Shown here in pieces: positions 13,136 to 25,168 of a stretch of 64,000 nucleotides of DNA. The translations under genes were made by a program, and so were the position numbers. Origin of the DNA: Trypethelium eluteriae (taxonomy: Eukaryota); contig JAVECL010000041.1 of assembly GCA_051942245.1 (NCBI GenBank), positions 1 to 64,000 on the forward strand, given 5' to 3'. How positions within the stretch are numbered: position 1 is the stretch's first letter; each line of letters opens with the position of its first letter. A model generated the notes under the pieces. That model had not been told where the DNA came from. It made no database searches and worked only from the letters and a program-made list of their open reading frames with translations.

Positions 13136-15356
13136 ATGTGGGCTCTTGGGTTGCTTTCTTTGGCGGTCTTGGGGGACGTAGCGTGTGGGAAGCCTGTCTA
13201 CACTGGAGACAAAGGTTCGTGTTACTTTAATCTCCCAATTGGCTGCGGAATGTGTATCACCTACATTTCAAGCCCAAAGCGAAGTGAATTGGTAGTGAGG
13301 AGTTTCGAGATAGGGCCAAAACGGCGCCCTCCGAGGAGTGGTGGCTAAACTCCTGATCGTTTGAGCTGTTTACTTGGTAACCTTATTTTGGGAAGGCCCT
13401 ACAGGCTCCATATCTTCTTATGCGCGCCGCTTTGAACTACTTCAGTCGGACTTCACCGGTGTCACTGCAGTGCTGATTCAATTCCATAGTTCAATCTCGC
13501 ACCCCGTATGCTGTCAAGGACAGCTACGATGTCCCTGCAAAATGGACTCGCGAGGGTCCAGCTCCTGAGGATCACCACATCACCTTGTCCATTGGGTTGA
13601 AACAAAGCCGATTCGGAGACCTGGAAAAGCAATTGATGGAGGTCTCTGACCCTGATCATCCTCGTTATGGACAACATCTTACCCCGGAGGAAGTCTCGAA
13701 GTACATCAGACCCACTGAAGAGGCTTCGGACGATGTTCACGAATGGCTTTCGGACAACGGCGTTGACCTAGATACCCTGAGCCACACTCAAGCTGGTGAT
13801 TGGATTACGGTTCGCCTACCCGTCAAGCAAGTGGAACAACTGCTTGACACGGAGTATTCTGTTTATAAGCACGACGAGGACGGCACGCGCATGGTTCGTG
13901 CTCCAGAGTGGTCTTTGCCAAGGCACCTGCACGGGCACGTTGATGCCATTCAGCCTACGAATTCATTCTCGCGACCCTCGAAGCTTTCTAAGCCAAACAT
14001 GAAGCGGAGCTCGACCTTGAAGCCTGTGTCTAAAGCAGAAGGAGCTTTGAGAGTGCCGCTAAGAACGCCAGGTGTCCAGCACCCCACTGTGTCTCAAGTC
14101 TGTAATACCAGTCTTGTCACTCCTCTTTGCCTCCGAACTCTTTATGGGACAGTCGATTACGTACCACAAGTCCCAGGACAGAATCAAATTGCATTATGCA
14201 ATTACCTGAACGAGACAAATAATCGCTCTGATGTGTCGATTTTCCTCCAGAATTTCCGCCCTGACGCAGCAGGGGCAGGACAACAGTTCACAATTGATAT
14301 CATCGCCAACGGTCAAAACCAACAGACCCCATTGAGCGCAACCCAACTCGGTAATGGTCAAGACATTGAGGGTAATCTGGATGCCGAGACTATCCTGGGT
14401 ATCTCGTACCCAACGCCTCTTACCGCGTACAATACTGGAGGATCTCCCGACTTCATTCCCGATGTCAATACGCCAACAGATACCAACGAGCCGTATCTCA
14501 CATGGATCACCTTTGTCGAGGGACAAAGCTCTGTCCCTCAGGTCATCAGCACCTCGTACGACGACGATGAACAGACGGTCCCCCCTAGCTTTGCTGCTCG
14601 CGTTTGCCAAGAATTCGCGAAATTTGGCGTCCAGGGCCACACGCTCCTCTTCGCCTCTGGAGACAGTGGCGTGGGTCCCACAGGTGGCTGCACCTCGAAC
14701 AATGGCACCAACGCGACTGCCTTCATCCCCGAATTCCCCTCGACCTGCCCCTACATCACGTCCGTCGGCGCGACCAAGAACTTTGCGCCCGAGGTCGCGG
14801 CCTTCGATTCCTCGAATAACTTTGCGTCCGGTGGGGGGTTCAGCAACTACTTTGCTCGTCCGTATTATCAGAATACGACTGTCCCGCAATACATCGCGTC
14901 GTTGAATGGTGAGTACGCTGGTCTGTTCAACGCCTCCGGCCGCGGGTACCCCGATATCAGCGCGCAGGGCCAGCGCTTTGCGGTCGTCTATGACGGGGAA
15001 GTCATCTCAGTCGATGGTACGAGCGCGGCAACGCCGGCGGCGAGCGCGGTCTTGAGCTTAGTCAATGATGCGCTGATTGCAGCGGGCAAGAGTCCATTGG
15101 GCTTCTTCAATCCCTTGCTGTATAAGACGGCATACGCGGGATTTAATGACATTACGAGTGGGAGCGCGATTGGTTGTGGAACTAACGGTTTCGCGGCGAA
15201 GGCTGGGTGGGATCCTGTAACTGGATTCGGAACACCGGTGGGTCTTACTTCATCTTTGTTTTCTTAATCGTCTCCCACGTGCTAATGACACTTCAGAATT
15301 TCCCCAAGATTTTGAGCATTCTTGGTGTGCCTACCAACAGCTCTTCCACCACTTAA
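13136..15356 (+). CDS. Secreted sedolisin-family (S53) tripeptidyl peptidase with pro-domain (3 exons)
   Basis: Signal-peptide exon MWALGLLSLAVLGDVACG (13136-13214), intron 13215-13489, prodomain (EVSDPDHPRYGQHL), catalytic EGNLD, SGDSG, GTSAA, C-terminal GWDPVTGFGTP. Confidence 0.95.
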
Positions 15357-15963
15357 TCAGCTCGTGTGGCGACGATGCTTTGACATCTTCTGCAAAAACA
15401 TTTGGCTTCTACGAGTCCTGAGTTCTATTCTATGTATATGATGAAATCAATTGTGACTCATTTGTTCACAATAACACGACTTTTATTTGGTATCCGTTGT
15501 GACACCTGCTTGTATCACGTGTTCGTCCATAATGGCAGTTGCGAATTTTCTAAAAGCCGAGACGGAAAAAAGTTTGAAGATTGTACAGTATGGGATCAAT
15601 GTACATGACTGTAGATTACTCTTGTGAAGGTTGCGTATTTTTGCCAGCAATAAATTCTTTCGTGCTTGGGGGTAATCCGGGCTGGCGTGAGTCGACTCGG
15701 GCGTATGTGCGGATCCTCGTGCCTCACTAGACGTAACCTCAACCTTCCACCTTTGCCTCGCTACCTCACGAATGATGCCTCGCGTACACTCTACAACATT
15801 CGCTTCCTCGTGTGTTCGGACACCTGAGCTCTTCCTTCCCTGCCGAAGCCTTGCAAGTCTGCCAACGTATTTCGAAACGCGGAATAAAGTCCGCCCTGAC
15901 ATCAGTGCTGCACTTGCACTCCCCGAGTCTCTTGCACTGTAGCAGCCGGCCGGGCACATTAAA

Positions 15964-18160
15964 ATGGCGTTAGCCTCTCCAGGAGTCCAGCAACAAGTGG
16001 AAAAGCTAAGCCGTCAGATTAAGACTCTGATCAATAGCGATCTCAAAGAAATATGTCGTGCGGAAGGCTTACCTGTCTCGGGCGTCAAAGCAACCCTCCA
16101 GAAACGGATCCTAGAACGTGAGCTCTGCTACAAACACTTTGCTGGCATCGAGATTCTTTGCTAAGATAAGCTGTGGATCTTTGCTAATAATTCATCGCTT
16201 CTTTTTAGGCCTAAATGAAGTGAATATCAGTGGCGATACTGCAGTCCTACGACGTCTAGAAAACACTGTGAAGAATCGGGGGTCTTCACCATCAGGATAT
16301 CAGGATTTCGCGCAGAATAAAGCAGGAAGTGCTGTCTATTCAGCAGGCTCTCCAACAATGCCAGCATATAACCAGCATAATGGCTATGGCCAACCTTCCC
16401 GCTCATTTGGTATGCTTCCACATGTTCACGAGCAAGCCTTCAGCTAAGGAGAGTATAGCAGGGATGGTCTTCAAGAACAGTCCGTTCCACGCGATCGTTG
16501 ACTCTCTCACCAGTGTCGTGGAACTCCCAGGTACACTTCAAAACCACTTTAGACTCATCGATTTCGCTGACTGTCTGCCCCAGAGATGACAAGCCATCGC
16601 CATACGGTCGCAACGCAGCTCACCCTAAACCAAGAGCAAGTCTCACACATTCGTGCCGATCCTTCACTGCGGATTTGTCTGTTCTGCGCCGTCAATTCAG
16701 GCCCCGGTCGGTACGAGCAGCTTGACATCTCGTTTCCCTCCCAAATCGAAGTCAAGGTCAACAACGATGAAGTAAAAGCGAATTTTAAGGGCTTGAAGAA
16801 TAAGCCAGGTACAACACGCCCGGCGGACATTACAAGTTTTGTGCGGAAAACGGCCAATTATGATAACTCAATATCAGTAACATATGCACTTACGAAACAG
16901 GTCAGGACCAAATTTCTCTTTTTAGGGGATGCAGGAGCTAATCATGGCAAATCTGCCACGGATTAGGATATTAAAGTTGCAATAGCTAACATGGGTCAGA
17001 AATTTTCACTGATTGCATATCTGGTGAAAACAACTTCTGTAGGAGAACTTAGCGACAAGATCAGACGGCGAGCTGTGATATCAAAACAGAAAGTTATCGA
17101 TGAAAGTACGTTCTCATTCTCCAAGGTGGAACCTGGAAATGGCTAAGGAGTTGTAGTGATCACCCGAGCCAACGATCCAGACATCGTAGCAACATCCTCT
17201 ATCATGTCTTTGAAAGACCCTATCTCAACCCTTCGCATTCAAATACCATGCCGCTCTACCGTTTGCACCCATCACCAATGTTTCGACGTCGCGTCATTTC
17301 TCCAATTGCAAGAGCAAGCTCCGACGTGGACTTGCCCTGTCTGTACCAAGGTCATCTCCTTCGAAGCGCTGGTCGTCGACCAATATGTTCAAGACATTCT
17401 TGCGCGTACCTCAGCGGACCAAGTCACCATTGAGCCTGATGGTAAATGGTCCGAGGGGGACACCTCTGCAGACCAGCAGGGAAATGGACAAAATCAACAA
17501 AGCGACGATTCTGATGAAGACCTCATCGATATCACTGATACTCGCGTCAGCCAAGTTAAGAGAGAAGAGCCAGTTTCGGCGAATCCGTTTTCAGTGACAG
17601 CACAAACACCGCCCCTCACATCTCGAGAAGCTTCATCTGCCCCTCACTCAAACAGTAACAAGCGGAAACGACAAGAAGTCATTGACCTCACCCTAAGTGA
17701 AGAAGAAGACGACGAACCTCCACACCGACCATCGAAACGCCACGCCCCCGGCACCGGCGCCAATCCCAGCACAACAGCGGGATCCTATTACTCCCCCTCT
17801 CCTGTCGCCTCCCTTCCTGACCCACGCAACGGCCACGCCTATCCCCCTAGCCGGAGTAGCAGCTTCTCCGCCCCAAGCGGCAACAGCAGGTTTTCCAATC
17901 CACAGTATACCCCCCACTCCAATCATCGTCCCAATGGCATCACACCCTTCACCATCCGACCGCCGCCTCCCCCACCCCAGCATCCACCACCCCCCTCCAG
18001 CGCGTTCAACCCGAGCCTGCATCTCCCGCCGCCACCGAACTCAGGTCCTCGTAACCATGGGCCGAATGGTGCAGTCGGTGGCGGCGGAGGAGGGGAAGGG
18101 AGCGGCGGTGGAGGTGGACGAGGACCCGGGTCGGTTCCTTACGGGGGTGTGACGCGATGA
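15964..18160 (+). CDS. siz1: SIZ/PIAS-type SUMO E3 ligase (SAP, PINIT-like, SP-RING/MIZ)
   Basis: SAP (LKEICRAEGLPVSGVKATLQKRI), GLKNKPGTTRPADIT, SP-RING (SLKDPIS..PCRSTVCTHHQCFD..WTCPVC), SIM-like VIDLT; five introns. Confidence 0.93.
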
Positions 18161-19930
18161 CGAGACTTGACAGATGCTGATGCTTGTTCTTCTTCACAGA
18201 CACAAAGCTGGCGGCGGCGGCGGTGATGAAAGCGGCAGTGGCGGTGGCAAGAAGAGGGTCCTACGCAAGCGGACGGTGGCCCCGAGGAGGCGGGGTAAGC
18301 GCCGGATTCGTGGGGAAATGCTGAACCAGAGCTGAGAGGTTCTTGGGATGCTGCGACTCTAGTCTCTTGCTGCTGCAGATGTTGTCACCTCGGAGCTGTT
18401 ACACTCGACAGATCTTGCGGATGACTGGCGGTACGGATGGTGGAATGGATACTTTAGGAGTTTCGACATGGATATGGGATTTCAGTCACGTAGCGCGGTG
18501 TTCATGGCACGTTTTTACGAAGACTTACCAACATTTCACTATGGGTTCTGATGGGAATCATGGGGCGGCTCAGTTATTTGCTCTACAATATTATCGATCG
18601 GCGTGCGTGTACTATAGCTTTGGGTGCTGGCATGGCCTCGAGACGTCGCTACAGACGGATGCGGAGCGCTGGACAGATGGCATTCGTGTCCTGCGCTTTT
18701 CTTTTTCCAACCACATATGCCGGGGGATATGAAGGGCTGCTTGCCGGTTGCTACAAGAGTACTCTATAAAAGACGGAATAGATTTCAAAGATCCCGTTGC
18801 AATAGTATTCTTGAATGTCCATGAGAAATCTTAGGAGTGACATATGTCCGGGATCTGATAGTGCGGGACAGCGAAGCCATTGGTTCTTGAGATTGTACAT
18901 ATATCTAGAGCGCAAATCTGAACTACGCGGTGGTATGTTGCCTATGTAAATGGGGTCTACAAAAATTTGGACTCATGGGAGCGCACAGGCTGGTTTATAC
19001 TCGTCGACTTTGATTAAGACATACGTTGGGAAAGGATGTAAAGCAATGGCCTGGTTTTCTGCATAATAAGAATGAGAGGCCGATGAGAAAGAAAAGCTCC
19101 AGAGCACATGACAAAGACGATCAACTTGCTGTGAACCGAGTCATCTTGCATACTGTATGGCCCCAGAGCTTAAGCCTCCTCAGTCGTTGCATATGCAAAT
19201 CAGTAATTAATCTACTATCGCCGGCCACACATCTCGCTTATTTATGACAAGCGTTTGGATGTGTTGGGAGCGAATGGTTAGCTAACTAGCATTTCTAATC
19301 TTGCTTCCCATTGATGGGATCTGTGAAAATAACTTTAGATTCATTGGTATTCTATTTTTAACGAGTGTGTTCTATCCGTTGGCCGTACTTTCCGCTTGAG
19401 ATGCCAAAGACCAGCTTCGGTCTTTCAGACTATGCATTCCAACTCACCACCAATGTTGCGTAGACTCCCACATTGAATGAATCATCCAATGATAGGTGGC
19501 TCTCTTCCAATCTCATGGTTCTGATTGAAGGATTCCCGCATCGTGGTAGACACTTAGCGGATATGGACTGCAGAAACAATCCCCATCTCCATAAGCAGAA
19601 CGAAAGCTTCAACATAGACGGCAGATTTGAGATATTTTTCTGTTTCATTGACTGTAGAATTGCTCGCTCTGATGCGGAGAGCTTGAACAGAATGAAGCTA
19701 TGTTCTTGAGGCACAAGAGATCGAGCTCAGACACAGCTCGAGTACGATAAGCTTCAAGCAAAAGGGCTTTCGTCGTCACTGGCGTAGAATTCTCAAGATC
19801 CTGTCCCGAAACCGATAGACGAGTAATCGAGCTAATGATGAAGAAATGCATAAAGGAGCGAGTATTTGCGACACACATAAGGAAAGACCCAAATCGTAGA
19901 AGTGGGTAGTCTGAAAGTGACCCAGACCAT

Positions 19931-22900
19931 CTAAGATGATCCATGGCAGACATTGGAAGGCGATCCAGCCTCCTCCAACTTGCCGGAAATGCAATGCTTC
20001 ATGAACACCCCGATGTGGAAGGTTGCTGTAAAGTCCCACCCATCGACAGGCGAGTGCCACTTCCATTTCGTGACGGCTCCACATTTTCCGACTGCTTTCT
20101 TGAGCCCAGAACCGTCGGCGCCAAGCTTGTTCGCATCCCACGCAGTCCCGGAGATCGTGACACTATCTTCCATTACCTTGTACTTGGTCTTGCAATCCTC
20201 CGAAGGTGTCGGACCAGCCGAAGTGGTTGAAGAGGGAGGCGTGGACGAGTGGGACGAGTGGGACGAGGTGGAGGAAGCGGATGGCGCAGGACACGCCGAC
20301 TAGTTTCCATATCAGTAGGGTTCTTCAGTCAATTGGTTATCCTTCATTCTCACCACTCCTTTGGCGACAATATCTCTGCTCGAGACTATGGGCTCGCCAG
20401 CCGCTGATGTAGCGCCTCGCTGAGATCTCTTCTTCTTGGTCGGTGGTGAATCGGGGCCTGGACAGTAACTGTATGGAATGTCAGTATTGCGCGAGAAGAT
20501 TGACCGAGTTGCTCGGGACGCAAACAAGGGCGAGAGGAAAAAAGTGGCTTCTACGGGCGCTCCAACACTGAGACTAGAGACACCAATCTTTTCCAGCATA
20601 TGATCGTCCCAAAAAACTATTACATACCCGTTCCATATTTGGTTATAGACGACCGGAAGCTGTTGGGGGAGGCCATATCTGGCGTAAGGTAAACTCTGGA
20701 GGTTTTCGTTGGATGGAAGGAAGTGATTAGTATCGACCCGCTGAAAAGCGAGCGAGATGTCGGCCGTGGATGCAGCAGCATTCCGAAGCTTTCCTCTGAG
20801 GTTCCTGAAGAAGAGATCAGGTGTGTTGCCTAAGGAGTTCCGCAAGCGATCAATCCCCAAAGCATAAGCGATGACGCCAGCCTAGAAATTTTACTAATTA
20901 GAAACATGATGTGGAGTTGGCAGAATTCACAGCAATACTGGGTCCGGGGGTAAGGTCTAGGATGGGAAGGACATACTGTCGCAGCTGCTGCGTAACTTGT
21001 CCCAAAGTCCTCGTCGGTATCATGGGTACCCGCCTTTGCAACTTCTATATCGTCAGCCATCGCATAGACGTCAATTCTCCCGTGCCCATTGGGTGCTTTG
21101 GGCGTGGTGTCCGTCCAAAGTTGACCGTATTGATTAGTACCGCCAACTGTTATCATCCCCGGAACGGGTCCAAGTCGTTGCGGTATGCTGTAGTCAAGTG
21201 ACATGGGGACTATTCGTTGAACTGGGTCAGGATCCTCTCTTGCTCCCTGTCCAGGCACCCACCACTTCTGACCGTCGTTCCCGGCTGCGATGACGAATGG
21301 CGCATATACAGCCTTAAATCTGGGAATCCACTTCTCGAAAACGGCGGTAGTAGGTTCTCGCGCAGGGTCGCCCCACAGAAGATCGAAAGCTATGTTAAAG
21401 TGAGAAACTCGTCGAAAAGCCATCAAGGAAGCTTACACTCCGTATATAGTATGACAGCTCTTTTCTGCAAGTGCTTTGACCGAATGTCATCTCTTATCCA
21501 CCTGAATGCTGCTTCCAAAATATCATGTTCGTTATCTCTGAGTCCATTCGAAGAGGCCGTATTCACACAGACTATGTTCGCATTTGACGCTACGCCAATG
21601 TTTTTCCCAGCAGCAACACTTGCTGTCTTAGTCCCATGACCTTCCTGATCGTTCGCAAAATATCTAGGGTCTTGAGGCCATCCTCGCATTCTGGCCTGGC
21701 GTCCATTAGGACTAAGTTCCTAGAGAAGTTAGCAAATGACTATACGATAAGAATATAAGGCTACGCTTACAGGATGATTTATGTCGCAACCGGAATCCAC
21801 GACATAGATCGTGGATCCAAGACCCAAGGAAATCTCGAAATGGTATTCAAGTCTTATCAGAGGAGGACCCGGATAGGTGGCTAACAAGTCCAGCTGGTAT
21901 ACAGAATCAGGGCGTCGCCAGATGTGTGCATTCTGGGTTCGCACATCTTCCCTCTTCCATTTCGAAGTCTTTGGTAATGCTGAAGCAACGCCAGTCCGTT
22001 TTCCCCTTCTTTGTCCGCCAACAGCGACAGCGTATCCAATAAATGAGAGGTTTCTAATCTTTGCTGCCTCGTCATCTGTCAAATACGTCTTGTAGAGGTC
22101 CGGCACGGAGTAATTTCCCACCATTTGGGGATGATCTCCACGTTTCGGTAGGTTAGCTGTCTTTAGCCAAGATGTAAATTCGTCTTTGGAGGATTCATTT
22201 TTATTGGCAATCGTGTATGGTTTCAAACCTGTCGAAGAGTTTAGTGTTCTCGAGGAATCAACGCTAGTGTTAGTCGTTAAACCTGTCATGCCGGATGAAG
22301 AATTTTCAGACCTGCCCATTAATTGTGCAGTCCCCTTTGATAAGGTGCTCGTAGTATTTGCTGCTGCAGGTAACTTGAACGAAGGCTGCATCTGAGTCCA
22401 ATCGTATAAGCCAAATAGGCCGAGAGCATAAAGTCCTGGTTCCACCTGGGCTCGCCGCTGTCCGGCGACACTGAAAAAGTCCTTTAAAACACCCTCCACG
22501 TGTCTGCGGGTATCGATCTCTAAGTTCGGGACCGAGCTTATCAGTCTCTCGATGCTTTGGAAAATGTCAACCATACTGCTGGAGTTTTGGTCAAGTGCCT
22601 CGAAAATTCCCTTTCCGGTAGATGGTAAATCATCAAAGGAAGATCCAGCATCGCTAACAGCACCTGCCATAGCAAAGACTACGGATCGCAATCCTACGCT
22701 CCAGGTTAGTAAAGGCTCGATAATACCATTGACTCGAAACGCGTTGACTTCGTGCTTTCTAGTGCCTCCTGCGACGGGTATAATAGGTAAAGAATTAGAG
22801 CTTACGAGAAAGTCCCTCATTGAGAGAGCCCTCAATACTAGACAACGTCCTAGAAGCCTTTGTCATCGACTTTGTCATTGCCCATTGCGTGCCTTTCTCC

Positions 22901-23511
22901 ATTGTTTCGTTTAATGCTGAACTGGCTTTCGATGCCTCCGAAGCTACATTCTCGAGGCCCTTCATGAGGCCTGGAAGGCCCGTCAACCCACCGGTCGGAG
23001 GCTTCTGGTTTGGTGCTGGAAAAGCCGTGATGGAGTTGTTGGCCCCTGGTGAACTTAGTGAAGTTGGTTCAGAAATAGGCGGCACTACAAAGGATCTGCC
23101 ATCATGGACTACAAGCGAGGGAGCCAGAGTCATTGAAGAACTGTCCACTTGGGGTAAATCGATTGATCTTTCTGGTAGGACATATGTATCGCCACTGATC
23201 ACTACGATTATAATTTTAGTCTTGGGCTTATAGCTCGATGGTACTGGGGACGGGACGGAGACTGAAAGACCCTCAGTGGTCGTATGTGTTGGAGAGAGTG
23301 CAGTCGACGTCCGTAAAGCTTCAGTGGAGGATTGCTCGGAGATGGCGGATGACAGTGATGTGTGTCCTTCAGGGAAGGCATCAGAGGTCCCGGAAGTCAA
23401 ACGGGCGTGCACTGATACAGTCAATCAAGTGAGTAATTGAAAAGAAGGTAGGAATACGGGAGGACTAGACTTACTTCTATTAAATAATAGAGAAATAGGG
23501 AATAGTATCGT
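19931..23511 (-). CDS. Multidomain subtilisin-like (S8) protease: S/T-rich and helical N-terminal region, S8 domain, S/T linker, C-terminal Cys-containing domain; 5' end uncertain
   Basis: Catalytic motifs YVVDSG, GHGTKTAS, AAGNDG, GTSYAAA lie in separate ORFs joined by canonical introns (gtaagc/gtatgt/gtgaga donors, ctaac/ctgat branch points). Confidence 0.85.
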
Positions 23512-24483
23512 CTGGTTTGGTTTGTCAAATTAGCTCTCAATGTCGCATTTGAACTTCGCCTTACAATAAGCATAGCAGGAGAGATAATGAAGTGCTCAAA
23601 TATAAACTGATGACCTATGAATTATGAAGATCCGGGCTTTGTGTGCCCAACTCAAGGAGAACAATACAAGTCTGAGCTACCAGCGCTCCTACAATAAATG
23701 TAGATTTCTAAGAAGAGTAGACAGGTGGGCTGAGAATACAACTCTGGAGAGCAGAACTTCTTTAAAACAAGTCCCGACATCCTGAGAGCCATTGCTATGC
23801 AATGTCTCCTCAACGTAGCTTCATTGTCAGCGATACGCCTCAGTGTGGTGTCAACAAGGTTCGCAGGTGCGAGCCGTCCCAGAAATTGAGGAAAACTGGG
23901 AAGATTCGCTCCTGTGCAAATCTGATACCGCGTCTGAGGTGAGATACATCCAGTCGTAAGGCTCAACGTATAGCTGTCTGCCAAAATCGCCAGTCACCAG
24001 GAAGAGAGTGTGTTGTTTGCTTGGCGGCAAAGGACGATGATCGCGAGGCGTAACAGTCTGGACATGATCTCCACGATTGCTGCTAGACATTCTCAAAACA
24101 CTCACAAAATGACGCCTGAATAAACGAGAAGCGCTGCGCCTCTATTAGGAGCCGCCGAGGAACAAGCGCTGAGGAATAGTAGGAGGGCACTCTGCGCTTC
24201 GCGGCAAAAGCCTGATACGAACGCTTCGATTGCTAATGGAGAAACTATGCTCTATCGTAAGTGTTTCTCTGCTTCACTGGTACAACCGTCTCGAACCTAG
24301 ATGATTCAGAACACGGGGAAGATAGCGCGACTGCAGTAAGATTCTGATTCTTACTTGCCACACGTTTGAGGTAAATGACAATTTCAAGATCCGACGAAGG
24401 CACAGGAATGATGAAGGTCAGAGTTATGAGCTCAGCATACCCTGCTGGCTACTTGAGATTGGCCGGATGCTTGATGGGCGTAC

Positions 24484-24511
24484 GGCACAGCGACTGAGGC
24501 ACAGCGACTGA
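24484..24511. repeat. 14-bp direct tandem duplication GGCACAGCGACTGA x2
   Basis: Read directly. Confidence 0.75.
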
Positions 24512-25168
24512 CGCGATGATGGCGTTACCAACCCCGCCGACGATCATCCAGAGGGCAGAGTGGAGATTGAAACTTCTTGAAAACCTGTCAAGATTTCAGA
24601 GAATAAGTCGAGCACTGAGGGGCACATCTGTCCAATTCGGTAGGCCATGAGCGTGTCTGTATTGGCAAAGGGCATCAGGGTTGAGCGGTCATGGAGAGTT
24701 ACCGATTGTAAGCTGATGGGTTGAGAACATCGCACTACGTAGGTAGGTTGCAGGGACGCGAGTGTGGCACATCGTGCCCTTGTCCATTAGAGTACATTGA
24801 TGTTGTGTATGGGTGTAGCAAAGTGGAGGTGATAATCTCCCAGTCTCACCGCCTTGCGTGCACAGGCAATTTTGCCGGTTGGCTGGCATACCTTCCCCCT
24901 TCTATGCCTGGTTTGAATACACGTAATTAGCTCTCGAGGGAGATCCTGCACTAAAAGTACGGACTGCATCTTCGTGCAAAGGTAAGTTACTGTTACCAGG
25001 GTTCACTTTCAAGACTCGTGAGCGCCATGGATATTATTGATAGTGAAGGTCACTTAAACGTAAGCTCCATCTGTGACCTTGAAAGCTAAAATTACTACGC
25101 AAACTGGGAGAAACAAAACGGGGTATCTCCGTAAACAATGTGCCAACCAACAAGCCCTTGTTAGTACT

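Noticed and set aside
22694..22835. Apparent frameshift between the overlapping S8 ORFs
   Set aside because: Explained by a canonical intron (GTAAGC..ACTAAC..TAG)
23221..23287. Minus-strand ACATACGACCA..TCCCGTCC..TAAGCC resembling a fungal 5S rRNA 5' end
   Set aside because: Lies inside a coding exon of the S8 gene (THTTTEGLSVSVPSP); the remaining 5S sequence is absent
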